From: Nibricoccus sp.
GTDB lineage: Bacteria; Verrucomicrobiota; Verrucomicrobiia; Opitutales; Opitutaceae
Direction of reading: 5' to 3'
NCBI GenBank assembly: GCA_047602425.1
Contig: JASGHG010000001.1
Coordinates: forward strand, 416,001 to 480,000
Length of the DNA: 64,000 bases
Shown here: piece by piece, positions 63,505-64,000 of the stretch
Numbering within the stretch: position 1 is the first letter of the stretch
Layout of the letters: every line of letters begins with the position of its first letter
Translations under genes and position numbers: made by a program
Notes under the pieces: generated by a model
Databases searched by the model: none
The model's input: the letters and a program-made list of their open reading frames with translations, nothing else
What the model was told of the DNA's origin: nothing

Positions 63505-64000
63505 ATACTTTTCCGTCCCCGTCCGCTTCGCCCGCGAATCCTGCAAGCCCGCAATGGGGCGCTCGACTTTTCAAAATCGGGTCTGTGCTTCTGGCTGTCA
63601 CCGCCAGCTACTACATTTTCAACGCCAGCGTCCGTTCGCAAACGCACCTTATTCTCGGCATCGCAATCATGGTGCTGTCGTTTCTCCCCGCCCTGCTTTG
63701 GGCTCAACGCAGTCGGCCAAGCCTGCCTGTTTTTGAAGCTCTGCTTTTCACCTGTCTTAACACGTACGCCCTGCCATTGCTCAATGGCCACGAAGATCTG
63801 CTGCGTTACGCCGAAACCGACGTCACACGTGCTGCGCTTGGAGTGATTGTTTACCAAGCCGCCGCGATTTCAACCTATCAATTGGTTCCCCCAATCGTTT
63901 CAGTCGGACGTTTTTGGGTGGAGGATGTCATCAGCGCCGCTTTCGAAAAATGGCTGCCGTGGGGCATCGGCCTTAATACCGCGTATATCGTGGTCAGCAC
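63501..64000 (+). CDS. Polytopic membrane protein of the glycan locus, partial (runs off window end)
   Basis: GTG at 63501 overlaps the previous stop; frame open to 64000 with several hydrophobic segments (IGSVLLAVTASYYIF, LILGIAIMVLSFLPALLW); absent from the ORF track because no stop is reached. Confidence 0.75.
   Translation, partial: MNTFPSPSASPANPASPQWGARLFKIGSVLLAVTASYYIFNASVRSQTHLILGIAIMVLSFLPALLWAQRSRPSLPVFEALLFTCLNTYALPLLNGHEDLLRYAETDVTRAALGVIVYQAAAISTYQLVPPIVSVGRFWVEDVISAAFEKWLPWGIGLNTAYIVVS

Overview
GC-rich bacterial chromosomal segment. Gene content and style suggest Verrucomicrobiota, probably Opitutaceae (inference). In order it holds: a phosphate-uptake operon (porin-pstSCAB-phoU) with a Pho-box-like array; a SNF2 helicase; guaB; a tandem amtB-glnK duplication with nearly identical amtB cores, each copy behind its own sigma54 promoter; rpsA; mntH/usp divergent from mntR with a clear operator; a TonB receptor/LacI pair; menB; kup; an orphan CheR plus a hybrid kinase with a methylation-like helix; hisS; hup; a ClpX-like ATPase lacking the zinc finger; ubiE/menG; an A-type Fe-S carrier; a Ser/Thr kinase directly upstream of rpoN; trpB2; a 10-gene PVM-type bacterial microcompartment locus that lacks its usual regulator and dehydrogenase; and the start of an ABC-exported polysaccharide locus. 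I saw no rRNA, tRNA, CRISPR array or transposase. The most unusual signal is non-coding. About ten intergenic gaps each contain a 100-190 nt nested imperfect palindrome, unrelated to one another in sequence. Their non-Watson-Crick pairs appear to be mostly G-T on the + strand, whichever way the flanking genes point, and two enclose GTAG-type REP doublets. All calls come from motif recognition by eye; no database search or folding program was run.
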